49,313 nt of DNA, taken from assembly GCA_002269645.1 (NCBI GenBank), contig NIVC01003284.1, forward strand, positions 57,273-106,585, given 5' to 3'. The notes beneath the pieces are model-generated. The model was not told the DNA's origin. It ran no database searches and saw nothing but the letters and a program-made list of their open reading frames with translations. The stretch comes from Macrostomum lignano. Lineage: Eukaryota. This document shows, in pieces, positions 32,612 to 48,784 of the stretch (its first letter is position 1; every line of letters begins with the position of its first letter). The position numbers and the translations under genes were made by a program.

Positions 32612-34059
32612 TTTATATTTACCTGTCATAGATTCACCTGTCATGGACTTCTCTATCGCGGATTTCCTTGTCTTTGATTAATTTCGGGCTTACTGTAAAA
32701 ATTTGAACTGATTTTACATTAAATACAGACCGGTGATAACACTTTAACCTGCTCAGTCTCAGATGCGCCATTAACACGGACTCAATCTATTTTCAGCGTC
32801 ACGTCAAGTGAAAAAAAACTTTTGAGCCCGGCGGGGTTAAAAATCGCTCAAATCAATGTAATGTACAGTTGGTTCAGACCTGTTTTAAACTATTGTAATA
32901 ACTAATTACCTCTGCTCGTCTGTTTTTGACCCCATTAACTAGCCTTCACTCTGCCAGTGTACATCGTAGATGACTGTACTTGCGGCCTCTGCTCTTGAAG
33001 CCTTGCCAGGAGTAGTTACAGCTATCTACATACGCACTCCCGTGGCCCTATAAAGCCTATATAATGAGAGAGTTCTTACCCTAGCGCCAGCGCACGCACA
33101 GCAGCAGCCAAATGAATCATCGCTTTCAAAGAGTAGAGTATACAAGACTGCGTATTTTCTGCTAGATCCTCCTTGACCCTCTGACAAGGAAATGCCGATT
33201 CCAATTCCTCGGCAGTGTCACTGCAAAGTTGGTAAGCAATAAAAAATTAATACTGCTGATAATATTATACAGATGTGAAAGTGAAGCAAGTCCTAATATG
33301 GCAGAGACCAGACCGGAGGCGAAGAAGCAGAGCAAACTGCAGGCTCTGTGGGATGGCGTACAGCTTAGGACGATGAGTGGGGCTGAGGGGAAGCTGAGGG
33401 GGGGGGGAGAAATTGAGGGATGCGTCCTCGTCTGTTCCTTGTCTCTCCCTCCTGTTCTTCCTCTCATCCTTGCGTACATCCCTGACTGGCCCTCCTCTCG
33501 CGGGTCCTGGCCCACAAACCAATAGTTATAATTAGACGGCGAATGTTGGGGCAAGAAATTTGTGCCTCTTTCCAAACTAGAAAAAATGGCACCCCAGTTC
33601 CCACCCCCTCGCGATCGATAGCAAGGGCTTCCCTTCCCTTCCTGACCCTCAGTACCGCTGTATTCATTGTTGCCTTTTGTGGTGGGACACGGATTAATAA
33701 CAATTTAACCAACTTTATGTGCAATTTTTGTGTGAAAGTTCTTCAGCTAGTTTTTTCATTCTGATCTATATGGAGAGCTCGCTCTTTATGAGATTACCCC
33801 AAAAGCTCAACATGCGCGCAGTCTTGGCATCACTGGAAAATTGGTTGTTATAGCTGGTAGACACAGCACTAAGGAACCCACGAAAGACCGCTGCTGGGAA
33901 AAAATCAAGCCGCCAATTCCTATCTTGCTCAAAACATTTTTCAAGGCAATGGGTGAGCAAGGGGCTCGCTCTACTACTACTCCTTGCCGTATGGGGACTA
34001 GTAGTAGCATCAGTAGTAGTAGTGGTAGTAGTACGAGCTATTAGTAGTATTAGTAGTAT

Positions 34060-35307
<1,248 letters not shown>

Positions 35308-35361
35308 CCAGTCAAACTAACGCATGTAGATACTGCTGAGTGAACCATCAAGTGTATTAAC

Positions 35362-35545
35362 TGTTATGATAAATGCCAAGTCATGTTTGCGAGCGAGCGA
35401 GAAAACTCTTAGACCAAGACACTGGGTAAACACCGATATATATATTTGAGAACTTCACTGTACATAGAAGGGGTGGGGGCCAGTGTACACAGATGTACAC
35501 GAAATTGCGAGAGTAAATATTAGTGCACACAAGCCACACACAACA
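35362..35545 (-). repeat. 3' LTR of the Gypsy element (184 bp), preceded by a short polypurine tract
   Basis: The minus strand begins TGTTGTGT and ends ATCATAACA. GGGAGG lies immediately upstream (35546-35551). Confidence 0.8.
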
Positions 35546-35887
35546 CCTCCCAACATTAGTTAACGATAATCCTACGAGTTCGAAGTGTAAAAGTAACGGA
35601 ACATTAAAATAAGATATTTGTTCTTGCATTGCAAAGTCGCACGAGATAACATTTAAATATTTGTAGCAAAGCAGGAATAAATCAAGGAATATACCAACAA
35701 TAAAGTTTCTCGCATTTATAGTATAGGGGCCAGTACGCCATTACAGTCAATACAGTCAATCGCAACCAATTATCAGTTCACTGGGTTGGTTCACCACGAG
35801 GCCTGGTACCGCTTTGGCTGTTGTACGAGTCGACCTCGCCTGGTTCGGAATCCAGGCTGTTTCGAACCGGAGCACTCCGACTGATCA

Positions 35888-36242
35888 GGCTGCTCAGGTG
35901 TCGGCTGCACAGGTGCCGGCTGCACAGGTGTCGGCTGCACAGGTGCCGGCTGCTCAGGTGCCGGCTGCTCAGGTGCCGGCTGCACAGGTGCCGGCTGCTC
36001 AGGTGCCGGCTGCACAGGTGCCGGCTGCACAGGTGCCGGCTGCACAGGTGCCGGCTGCTCAGGTGCCGGCTGCACAGGTGCCGGCTGCACAGGTGCCGGC
36101 TGCACAGGTGCCGGCTGCACAGGTGCCGGCTGCACAGGTGCCGGCTGCACAGGTGCCGGCTGCACAGGTGCCGGCTGCACAGGTGCCGGCTGCACAGGTG
36201 CCGGCTGCTCAGGTGCCGGCTGCACAGGTGCCGGCTGCACAT
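35888..36242 (-). repeat. In-frame 15-bp repeat (QPAPV/E, about 24 copies) in the integrase C-terminal tail
   Basis: ORF 35791-36678 translates as (V/E)QPAP repeats, followed by the basic RTRRGRLVQQPKRY terminus. Confidence 0.95.
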
Positions 36243-39200
36243 CCGCTTCCATCTCGCCATCCTCGCCGGCCTCCGGGTAGCTCTCTTGGAACGGAACGCC
36301 AATCTGACGAGGCCGGATGAACCGCCGATTACGCCAGAGCAGCTGTCCCGACTCGGTGCGAAGCCAGTAGGACCTTGGGCTGCCGTCAACTTCGTTGTCT
36401 AGCTCGGCAGCCGCCCAATCTCGATGACCGCATTGAAGCCAGACCCGTTCGCCGACCTTCAAGCGTTGCAGTGCGCGGGCACCGCGATTGTAGAGTTGAG
36501 CTGCTTGGGTCCGTTGCTTCTCGAAGGCTTCAATGCTGGCGTGCACGTGGGTCTCCCGAGGCCGCAGATCCTGCACCGCTGTAGGCAAATCGCACCGGAG
36601 TTTGCGGCCGAACGCCATCTCTGCGGGACTTGGAAAGCCGCAACCGACTGGCGTGTTGCGATAGTGCAGAAGGGCCATGGCCAGGCTCTGTCTCCTGACA
36701 CTTCCTCATCATATTCTTGGCTGTCTGCACATATCGCTCTGCTCTGCCGTTCGACTGCGGGTAGGGTGGACTCGACGTGCGGTGCTCCACTTGAAATATT
36801 TTGATGAACTGGCGGAATTCCCCGGCCGAGAACTGCGGCCCGTTATCGCTGATGAGCTTCTCAGGCACACCAAAGTTCTGGAAATGGTCTTGGAGCACCT
36901 GCACCACAGCGTTGCTGGTCGTCGAGCGCAGTCGGGTGACGCTCATCCAGTGGCTGTAGGCGTCCACGTACACCAGATAGGTTGCACATATCTGAGTACA
37001 CCGCGGTACTCGAACAGGTCGGTAGAGCAAACTTGAAACGGGAACTCAGGCATATCAACGGTCATCAGAGTCTCCTTCGACTGCGCCTTCATGTTCCGCT
37101 GACAGGCCTCGCACTGGCTAGCAGTCCGCTCGATGCAGTTGCGCATTCCTGGCCAGTAGAAGTAGTCTTTGGCTTTAAGGTCCATCTTGACGATACCAGG
37201 GTGTCCAGCGTGCAGGATGCTGAGGATGGAGCTTCTGGCACTGCCAGCTGGAACGTAGATGCGGTCTTTCAAACACAGCAGTCCTGATACGAGAGTCAGA
37301 TCGTGCCGAAGGTCCCAAAAGGCCTTCAAATCTTCAGGCAACCGCGCTCTTTGCTCCGGCCAGCCGGCTAGAATTATACTCTGTAGACGCTGACTTGTCT
37401 GATCTGCTGTCGTAGCCTTCTTGATCATGTCCAGGATCTCACGGTCACCACTGAAGCACCGCTCTACAGCCAACACTTGTCCATCTAAAGCTTCCTCCAG
37501 CAAAAGTGTCAAGCTGTCTGTCTGTCCATGAGCTCGGCTCAGCGTGTCGGCAACGTACAACTTCTTTCCTGGGGTGTACCTCACCCGGATGTCGTATGGC
37601 TGAAGCTGAAGCAATAGACGCTGGATCCGCGGCGTGGTGTCACAGAACTGCTTCTTAAAGATGGCCTCTAGCGACTTGTGGTCGCTTTGAACATGGACAG
37701 TGCGGCCCCAGAGGTAGCGGTGAAATTTCTTACAGCCGTAGACAATTGCTAGGAGCTCCTTCTCAATTTGAGCATAAGACTGTTGAGCACTTGTCATTGC
37801 CGACAACGCAAACTCAACCGGACGATCCTCTTGGAGTAGCACAGCCCCTATGCCGCTCTTACTGGCATCTACAGACACAGTGACTGGCTTGGTGACATCG
37901 AATGTGACCAACACTCTGTCTGAGCAGAGCTCAGTGATGATTGCATCGTACGCCTCATCATGCTGATGCGTCCAACTCCAGATAACTTCCTTCTTTAGCA
38001 GATGTCTAAGGGGCTCTGCAGTGGTGGACAGATGTGGACAAAACTTGGCCAGATACGTGACGCAGCCGAGAAATCTGCGAAGCTGCTCCTTCTTTGACGT
38101 GAGGCCTTCAACGTCATTTGGCCTCGTAATCTCCTTGATTGCTTTGATTTTCATCGGGTCAGCACGCAATCCTTCAGAGCTCAGCACATCTCCCAGTTAG
38201 TTGAGTTCTTGGACGCCAACTCGCTCTTCTGTGGATTCAGCGTCACCTTGGCTCGCTTGCACTGCTCCAGGAGCTCTCGCATTGCCTGATCATGCTCCTC
38301 GATAGTCTTGCCCCAAACGATGATGTCGTCAAAGAAGTTCTTGGTGTTCTTCACGTGGTTGGTGACGTTCTCTTCCATTCTTTTCTGGAAGGCCTCCGGG
38401 ATTGACGAGAGACCGTACGGCACGCGCTTCCAGCGATATCGGCCAAATGGTGTGTGGAATGTCGTCAGAAAAGAACTTTCGTCGTCGAGTTTCAGCTGAT
38501 GAAAGCTCTCGTTCGCGTCGAATGAGCTGTACAGGATGGCTCCAGCAGTCGCAGCTCGCACCTCCTCGGCAGTCGGAATTGGATGGTACTCACGAACGAT
38601 GAACCTATTCAGGTATGTCTGATCCAGGCACAGCCGCATGGATCCGTCCTTCTTCCAGACGATGGCCACATTAGAGACCCATTGTGTCGGCTCATCAACT
38701 GGCACAATGGTGCCTTCTTTCTCCAGTCTTTCGAGCTCACATTTGAGTGGTTGATACGCAGCGAACGGCAACTTGCGAGGAGGCTGCACTTTTGGCGCGG
38801 CGTTGTCAGCAAGCCGGATGGTGTACGGTTGCTCCATGCAGCCAACACCGTTGAATACTTCAGGGTATGTGGCTTTCACCTGAGAGGCTGTGAGTTCTGA
38901 CACCTGCTGTTTTTGCACTTTGCTGATGCTGCTGCTCTGGCTCTGCACAGCAAATAGTTTCTTGACTAACTGAAGCTCCTCAATTGCTGATTTCCAGCCT
39001 ATAATCGGTGTAGAGCTCTCGCCGATGACTACAAACTGAAGTCTGACATTCTTACGGCAGGGCGATGACACTGTCAAGTACGTGGTGCCGATCACGTCCA
39101 ATAGCTGCTTATTGTAGGTGGTCAGTGTCCAGGACGTAGGCTCAATTGCTGCTGCTGGGGCGAGCTGGATCAGCTGTCTCAGAGGAATCACATTAACATC

Positions 39201-40177
39201 CGCCCCAGTGTCTACCTTGAAGTGCAGCTTTCTTCCGGAGTCCGTGACTGACAGGCAGACCATCATTGACGAGGCATCTGTTTGCAACTTGGGCTGGCGA
39301 GCACTCGGCTTCTCAACCGTGATGATTGCTGCTGCCGGAGCATCGCCGGCACAGTCAGACTTGGAGTCCTCCACCAGCTCGTTGACCTTCGCTGAGCGGC
39401 ACACGGACGAAAAATGATTCGTGCGACCACAATTATTGCAGGTCTTACCGTAGGCCGGGCACTTGCGCCGCTCATGCTGCTGTCCGCAGAATCCGCAGCT
39501 CCGAGCCTATCTGGCGTGGCCGACTGTCGCCTTGGCTCGGTTTTGCACTGCATCGACAGACGCTGGCGCGGCTGCAGGCGCTGCTCGGCTGATCTGCGCA
39601 GTGGCCAGGGTCCGAGCCTGCCGCTTCAAAGTCTCGGATGCTCGACCCACCTGGATGGCGCGATCCAAAGTCAGCTTCGTCTCTCGCAGAAATCTTTCCC
39701 TCAGAGCTCTCGTTGACTCCGATGACGATCTGGTCTCGAAGGACGCTGTTCTCGATTGTCTCCTCGTTAGCTGGCTTGCTGTGATTGTGCTGTGATGATC
39801 TGACGGAGGGAGCTGACAAACTGGTCAAATTCCTCAGCTTCTCCTTGCACTTTTGTTCGGAGCTGGTAGCGCTCAAATGTTTCGTTTGACAGAGGCTCGC
39901 AGTAGTCTTTGAATGCCTCGACTACTTCGTCGTACGTAGCTACTTTGTCTGCAGGAAACGTAGAGTAGATATCTTGACCGTCGGATCCGAGGGCGGTTAG
40001 CAGAATGGCGACCTTTACATCGTTGCTTTCTTCAGTTCTCTTCGTAGCTTTCATATAGAAATCGAACGCTTTGATCCACTTTCGCCAGTTGTCCGCCCTA
40101 TTGGTGTTGAAAACCATAGGCTCTGGCGGCCTCAATCCTTCCATGCTTGCCAGACTGGATAGGTAGTTTAGACTATT

Positions 40178-40278
40178 TTTGAGAACTTCACTGTCCATAG
40201 AAGGGGTGGGGGCCAGTGTACACAGATGTACACGAAATTGCGAGAGTAAATATTAGTGCACACAAGCCACACACAAAA
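40178..40278 (-). repeat. Truncated 5' LTR of the Gypsy element (101 bp)
   Basis: Matches 35445-35545 at 99 of 101 positions. It then joins directly to sequence about 33 bp upstream of the gag ATG, so the rest of the LTR and the PBS are missing. Confidence 0.9.
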
Positions 40279-40352
40279 TTTACTATTTACGATTAGGGAT
40301 TGCTTGTAGGCAATCAGTTACCGTCGGCCTGAACTTTCAAGCCAGATCATAA

Positions 40353-41561
40353 ATGACACGCATTTCTTTTCCAGGCGCGGTTCGAACAGCCCTATTGGTT
40401 CTCCTAGTGGTGGTCATCGGATTGTTGCAACTACGAAGTCAGACTGAACCAGAAGGTACCGGACAGGCGCTGGCAAAGCCGCGGACAGAAACTATGTCCC
40501 CAGCTAGTTTTGGTCCGAAAGAGCTCCCAAGAAGTTCAAAATCGCCATCACGACAGGCCCCCTTGCGGGATGGGCAGCCGTGCGGCGAGCTGCCTGCCCG
40601 GTTCCCCGACTCCATTCCGCCTCTGGTGCACTGGACCAGCAAGGATGGTAGAATTGCCACCAAACTCCTTCCGACTGTGCGCTCCTGGAGACGACTGCTC
40701 GATATCGACATCAGCAACAGATCGGCTTCAGGCCAGCTGATCTTCAATAATCGCTGGCACTTCATGCACTGGGACGACAGGCAGATCTCGGAGCTGATAG
40801 CCAAGCACCACCCGCGCCTGAGCCGCAGCTACGGCAAGCTGGCATCCGGCTTGGAGAGGTCCGACATTGGCAGGCTGGCCGTGTTGCACCATGTTGGCGG
40901 CCTCTACGTCGACCTGGACGTGGAGCTTCTGCGGGACCCGACGCCACTGCTGAGACCGGCGCAGCTGCGCGGACCTTCCCGCCTGGCTGAGAATTTCAGC
41001 TGCGAATCGGCCGTATGGAGCCAGGAGCCGCCAGCTCATCCGATCTTCGTGTACAACAGGAGCTCAATCATCTCCAATGCTGTGATGATGAGCCGAGCGA
41101 ACCAGACCTTTCTAACCTTCGTTCTCAACAACTGGCCGGATTGGTTTGAGCGCGTCTGGGCCGAGAAGTCCCGCAGGAAGGACACCCAGGCGGTACAAGT
41201 CACGGGACCCGCCATGCTGCAGGAGTTCTACAACAATTACACAGCATTGAAGCCGAGGGAGCCGGCCCTAGACTGGTGCGCCAACATGCTGGCTGACCCG
41301 GACGTCTTTCAGCCAATCAGCGATCACTACTACGGACCGAAGCGGATGAAACACGTGTGCGTTAAGGATGCTGCCAGGATGAACGAGCTGCAGCGGCTTC
41401 TGTGCCAGCGCATGGCCAGGGAGAAGTTCAAAGAGAAGCAGGTGCCAAAGAGCTCCTACACTGTGCACAAGTTCATGCATCTGAGCTATGAGAACCGGTT
41501 ACGGAGGCTTCAGACTAGTGCAATCTCATCTGTTTTGCCCATTCTCACCTGCGAAATTTGA
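40353..41561 (+). CDS. Intronless type II membrane glycosyltransferase, GT32 / DXD sugar-binding family (OCH1/SUR1-like), 402 aa
   Basis: N-terminal TM segment TALLVLLVVVIGLLQL and a Ser/Pro-rich stem. Family blocks are IPPLVHWTS, WDDRQI, RSDIGRLAVLHHVGGLYVDLD, SNAVMMS, VTGPAML and a C-terminal HKFMHLSY. Confidence 0.85.
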   Translation: MTRISFPGAVRTALLVLLVVVIGLLQLRSQTEPEGTGQALAKPRTETMSPASFGPKELPRSSKSPSRQAPLRDGQPCGELPARFPDSIPPLVHWTSKDGRIATKLLPTVRSWRRLLDIDISNRSASGQLIFNNRWHFMHWDDRQISELIAKHHPRLSRSYGKLASGLERSDIGRLAVLHHVGGLYVDLDVELLRDPTPLLRPAQLRGPSRLAENFSCESAVWSQEPPAHPIFVYNRSSIISNAVMMSRANQTFLTFVLNNWPDWFERVWAEKSRRKDTQAVQVTGPAMLQEFYNNYTALKPREPALDWCANMLADPDVFQPISDHYYGPKRMKHVCVKDAARMNELQRLLCQRMAREKFKEKQVPKSSYTVHKFMHLSYENRLRRLQTSAISSVLPILTCEI

Positions 41562-41659
41562 CTATAGTAGCTGTACAACTTGCTTTTGCCACAGGGCAAC
41601 CCGCTGCTGCGTGAGGTCAACATAGTAATACACATGTACTTCAGCAGAATCTGTGGATT

Positions 41660-41820
41660 TTCTCAGCATCACCCCCCCATCATCACTCTGTCTCAGCATC
41701 ATTCCCCATCAGCATCACTCAGTCTCAGCATCATTCCCTATCAGCATCACTCAGTCTCAGCATCATTCCCCCTCATCACTCAGTCTCAGCTAGCATCATT
41801 CCCCATCAGCATCATCATTG
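41660..41820. repeat. Degenerate short tandem repeat (CAGCATCATTCCCC...CAGTCT)
   Basis: Directly visible. Confidence 0.75.
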
Positions 41821-41936
41821 ATGAAAAATCATTCGCTAATACTCGTATCGACAACGAAAGCGTTCTTGTGCGCAATAAACGAGCTATATATTAAAAGAAC
41901 TCTATGAAGCTAGTGAATTTTAATAAAAACAAAAGC

Positions 41937-43329
41937 ACTGACTGACTGACTGACTGACTGACTGACTGACTGACTGACTGACTGACTGACTGACTGACTG
42001 ACTGACTGACTGACTGACTGACTGACTGACTTGAGTGAGTGGGTGACTGACTGACTGACTGACTGACTGACTGACTGACTGACTGACTGACTGTGTGACT
42101 GACTGACTGACTGACTGACTTGAGTGAGTGGGTGACTGACTGACTGACTGACTGACTGACTGACTGACTGACTGACTGACTGAGTGAGTGGTGACTGACT
42201 GACTGACTGACTGACTGACTGACTGACTGACTGACTGACTGACTGACTGACTGACTGACTGACTGACTGACTGACTGACTGACTGACTTGAGTGAGTGGG
42301 TGACTGACTGACTGACTGACTGACTGACTGACTGACTGACTGACTGACTGACTGACTGTGTGACTGACTGACTGACTGACTGACTTGAGTGAGTGGGTGA
42401 CTGACTGACTGACTGACTGACTGACTGACTGACTGACTGACTGACTGACTGACTGACTGACTGACTGACTGACTGACTGACTGACTGAGTGAGTGGGTGA
42501 CTGACTGACTGACTGACTGACTGACTGACTGACTGACTGAGTGAGTGGGTGACTGACTGACTGACTGACTGACTGACTGACTGACTGACTGACTGACTGA
42601 CTGACTGACTGACTGACTGACTGACTGACTGACTGACTGACTGACTGACTGACTGACTGACTGACTGACTGACTGACTGACTGACTGACTGTGTGACTGA
42701 CTGACTGACTTGAGTGAGTGGGTGACTGACTGACTGACTGACTGACTGACTGACTGACTGACTGACTGACTGACTGACTGACTGACTGACTGACTGACTG
42801 ACTGACTGACTGACTGACTGACTGACTGACTGACTGACTGACTGACTGACTGACTGACTGACTGACTGACTGACTGACTGACTGACTGACTGACTGACTG
42901 ACTGACTGACTGACTGACTGACTGACTGACTGACTGACTGACTGACTGACTGACTGACTGACTGACTGACTGACTGACTGACTGACTGACTGACTGACTG
43001 ACTGACTGACTGACTGACTGACTGACTGACTGACTGACTGACTGACTGACTGACTGACTGACTGACTGTGTGACTGACTGACTGACTTGAGTGAGTGGGT
43101 GACTGACTGACTGACTGACTGACTGACTGACTGACTGACTGACTGACTGACTGACTGACTGACTGACTGACTGACTGACTGACTGACTGACTGACTGACT
43201 GACTGACTGACTGACTGACTGACTGACTGACTGACTGACTGACTGACTGACTGACTGACTGACTGACTGACTGACTGACTGACTGACTGACTGACTGACT
43301 GACTGACTGACTGACTGACTGACTGACTG
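41937..43329. repeat. (ACTG)n microsatellite, about 1.39 kb, with recurrent TGAGTGAGTGGGTG interruptions
   Basis: Directly visible. Confidence 0.98.
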
Positions 43330-43899
43330 TATTGTGCTTAGGAGTCAGGGGAATGGGCAGAAATGCGTCAGTGCTGGTTCATGGAGACGATGTCGCCAGG
43401 GTGCATGAGTTTTTCCAGTTTTTTTGAAGAGCAAACGAAGAGACGTCTGTGGCTGAACATTTATTTCATTCAGGAATAAAAATGAGCTGCGAAATTGTAT
43501 TATCCACACTTTAAAGCCTTTGCCTTGGCCAACTTCCATTCCTATAGACTGCATGCACCCTGTGACTGCTTTAGCAACTGGGGCATATTCCAATTTCGCC
43601 TTCCAGCTTCGCGGCATCAGGTGGCAGATGTCGCACGCACTCACCTGTTAGACAGCTGTGTGCAAAACTGGGCACGAATTGCCCGCCTAGCTTACGGAAT
43701 CACCAACTGAATTAATGACAGGTGCTTGGCAGGGGGGGGCTGATTCCCTCTCCCTGCCCTGCACCGTATGCCATTGTGGCTTTTAATGAAAAGCTTTTTA
43801 AAAAAACTTGCATCGCGTATTCAAGGAGACCGCGTTTCCCATAGAACCTGGCGTGGCTATCCCGCTGATCCCGCGGCGCTATATTTTTACCTACATGTT

Positions 43900-44260
43900 A
43901 CCTATAGGCTCCCTATATTAACTATGATGTTACCTACTGTATATGTTACCGATATGTTTATCCCAATATGTTAACTACATGTTACCTATGTTTACCTATA
44001 TGTTACCGATATGTTACTATTATGTTACCTATATGCTATCTATATGTTACCTATGTGTTACCTATATGCTACCTATATGTTACCTATGTTACTATTACGT
44101 TAACTATATGCTACCTATATGTTACCTATACGTTATCTATGTTACCTATATGTTACCTATATGTTAACTATATGCTACCTATATGTTACCTATATGTTAA
44201 CTATATGCTACCTATATGTTACCTATATGTTAACTATATGCTACCTATATGTTACCCATA
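43900..44260. repeat. Low-complexity (ATATGTTACCT)-type repeat
   Basis: Directly visible. Confidence 0.9.
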
Positions 44261-45013
44261 TTAGCAAGAGCTCCCATACTCCAGACTCTATTCTGTTCGC
44301 GATCTCCTGGACTCGGGGGGGAACAGAGCTTTTTGGAGGGGGGGGGTAGGAATTTAAAAAAGTGAACGGCGAGGAAAGATATGTAGAGCCAGGCAGTCAG
44401 CTTCCAGCGTAGTAGTCACCTGATGACTGCCGAACAGCCCCAGAAGTCCCTGGGTTTTGTCGGTAAGTGAGGACCTGGGTGGGAGGGGACGCACGCGCAG
44501 AAAAATAGCTGCAAATGCTGGCTGCGGATCTCCCCAGGCAATTCTCCCACGGCTATCGTTGCGAGGCCTGAAGATTTCTCGTGTCCTCACCAACATCCGC
44601 AGCATTAGGATTTTCTTAACACCCTTTCATGCGCGCTTTTCTTCTTCTGCAGGCTCCCAAGAATTTGCTGTGGTTTGTCTCCTACCTCATTTCCCAAGCA
44701 GCTGGATTGACAGCGGCAGGTGCCTTTTATGGGAACCCAAAGCGCAGCGGACAAAAGGTGCGAAGCACTGCCGATTTGCGGGCCAGATAAGGTGCTGCTA
44801 AACCCCGATAATCTTTCTCGGGAACTTTGTCTCGAAGCAAATAGCGACACTTTTAAGTGAAAGTTCGATTCGGAAAATGAATAAGGGGTTTGGGACCGGC
44901 AGGATGCAGAAATTGACAGGAAAAATAGTGGCAGCAACTTCTGCAGCTGATTTGATAATAGCCTTCTCCGCACTTTTTCTCGAAACCGGAACTCAATTAA
45001 CCCCATCACTATC

Positions 45014-45287
45014 TGATCCCCTCAACTCACTCTCTGATATCCTCAACTCACTCTCTGATATCCTCAACTCACTCTCTGATATCCTCAACTCACTCTCTGA
45101 TATCCTCAACTCACTCTTTGATATCCTCAACTCACTCTCTGATATCCTCAACTCACTCTCTGATATCCTCAACTCACTCTTTGATATCCTCAACTCACTC
45201 TTTGATATCCTCAACTCACTCTCTGATATCCTCAACTCACTCTCTGATATCCTCAACTCACTCTCTCATATCCTCAACTCACTCTCA
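45014..45287. repeat. 21-bp minisatellite, about 13 copies
   Basis: Unit GATATCCTCAACTCACTCTCT. Confidence 0.95.
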
Positions 45288-45859
45288 TTAATTCAGTGCA
45301 TAATCCCTCAATGTTCGGATCGCATGCCACCCCCCCCCCAATTTCCGCATGTACAGTGACAGCGCTACACTTGACATTTTGTTTATTTGCACAGAATCGA
45401 CTGAAGGTCTTTGTCGTCTAAAATACGCCGAAAAGCTACACGTTATTCATGAATTGAATCGCTTAGTGCGCCGTGTTCTCCTTCCCGTTAAAACAAAGAC
45501 TTCTTAATAGCTTTTCCCCTGCCAGGTGATGTCAATTATAACCGTATCAAATCGAACGTGCCCGAAAAAGGTTTCTGACGAATTGCAGCTGCAAGACCGA
45601 ACATGAACTGACATGGGCCCAGCCCTGCAGCCTCACTCGTGACTTACCCCCTAGCAACAGCAAATCCGCGAAGGACACCCCTGCTCTGCAAGTGTGTCTG
45701 CAGCCAGCCAATAGGTGACTGCGGTAGGGGTAATTCTGGTAATAAAAACACTGTCGGTCCCTTCGTGCAGATCCTTAGTTTGCGCAAAATTCATTCACTT
45801 CCATCTTTGTTTCCTTGATCCCTGCAATACTAATTGCTGTGTTCCCGATTCAGAACTGC

Positions 45860-48762
<2,903 letters not shown>

Positions 48763-48784
48763 CGCTCACATGCTCCAAACGAAT

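Larger units (their letters stand above)
35362..40278 (-). mobile_element. Ty3/Gypsy LTR retrotransposon (gag-PR-RT-RH-IN), disabled by frameshifts; 5' LTR half deleted
   Basis: Gag begins MEGLRPPEP at 40144 and has two CCHC knuckles (CGFCGQQHERRKC and CNNCGRTNHFSSVC). Pol motifs are protease VDTGADVN, RT LCLDQTYLN and FFDDIIVW, RNase H VDASKSG and YAQIEKE, integrase HAGHPG/CEAC, VDAYSHW, SDNGPQF and SNGRAER. The order PR-RT-RH-IN is Gypsy-type. Probable TSD TTAAC/TTTAC (4 of 5 match). Confidence 0.93.

Noticed and set aside
33790-33960. Possible ancient LINE RT trace (LGITGKL...QG); similar GC-richer patches at 22250-22810, 43350-43700 and 44400-44990
   Set aside because: The similarity is too weak to call without a profile search.
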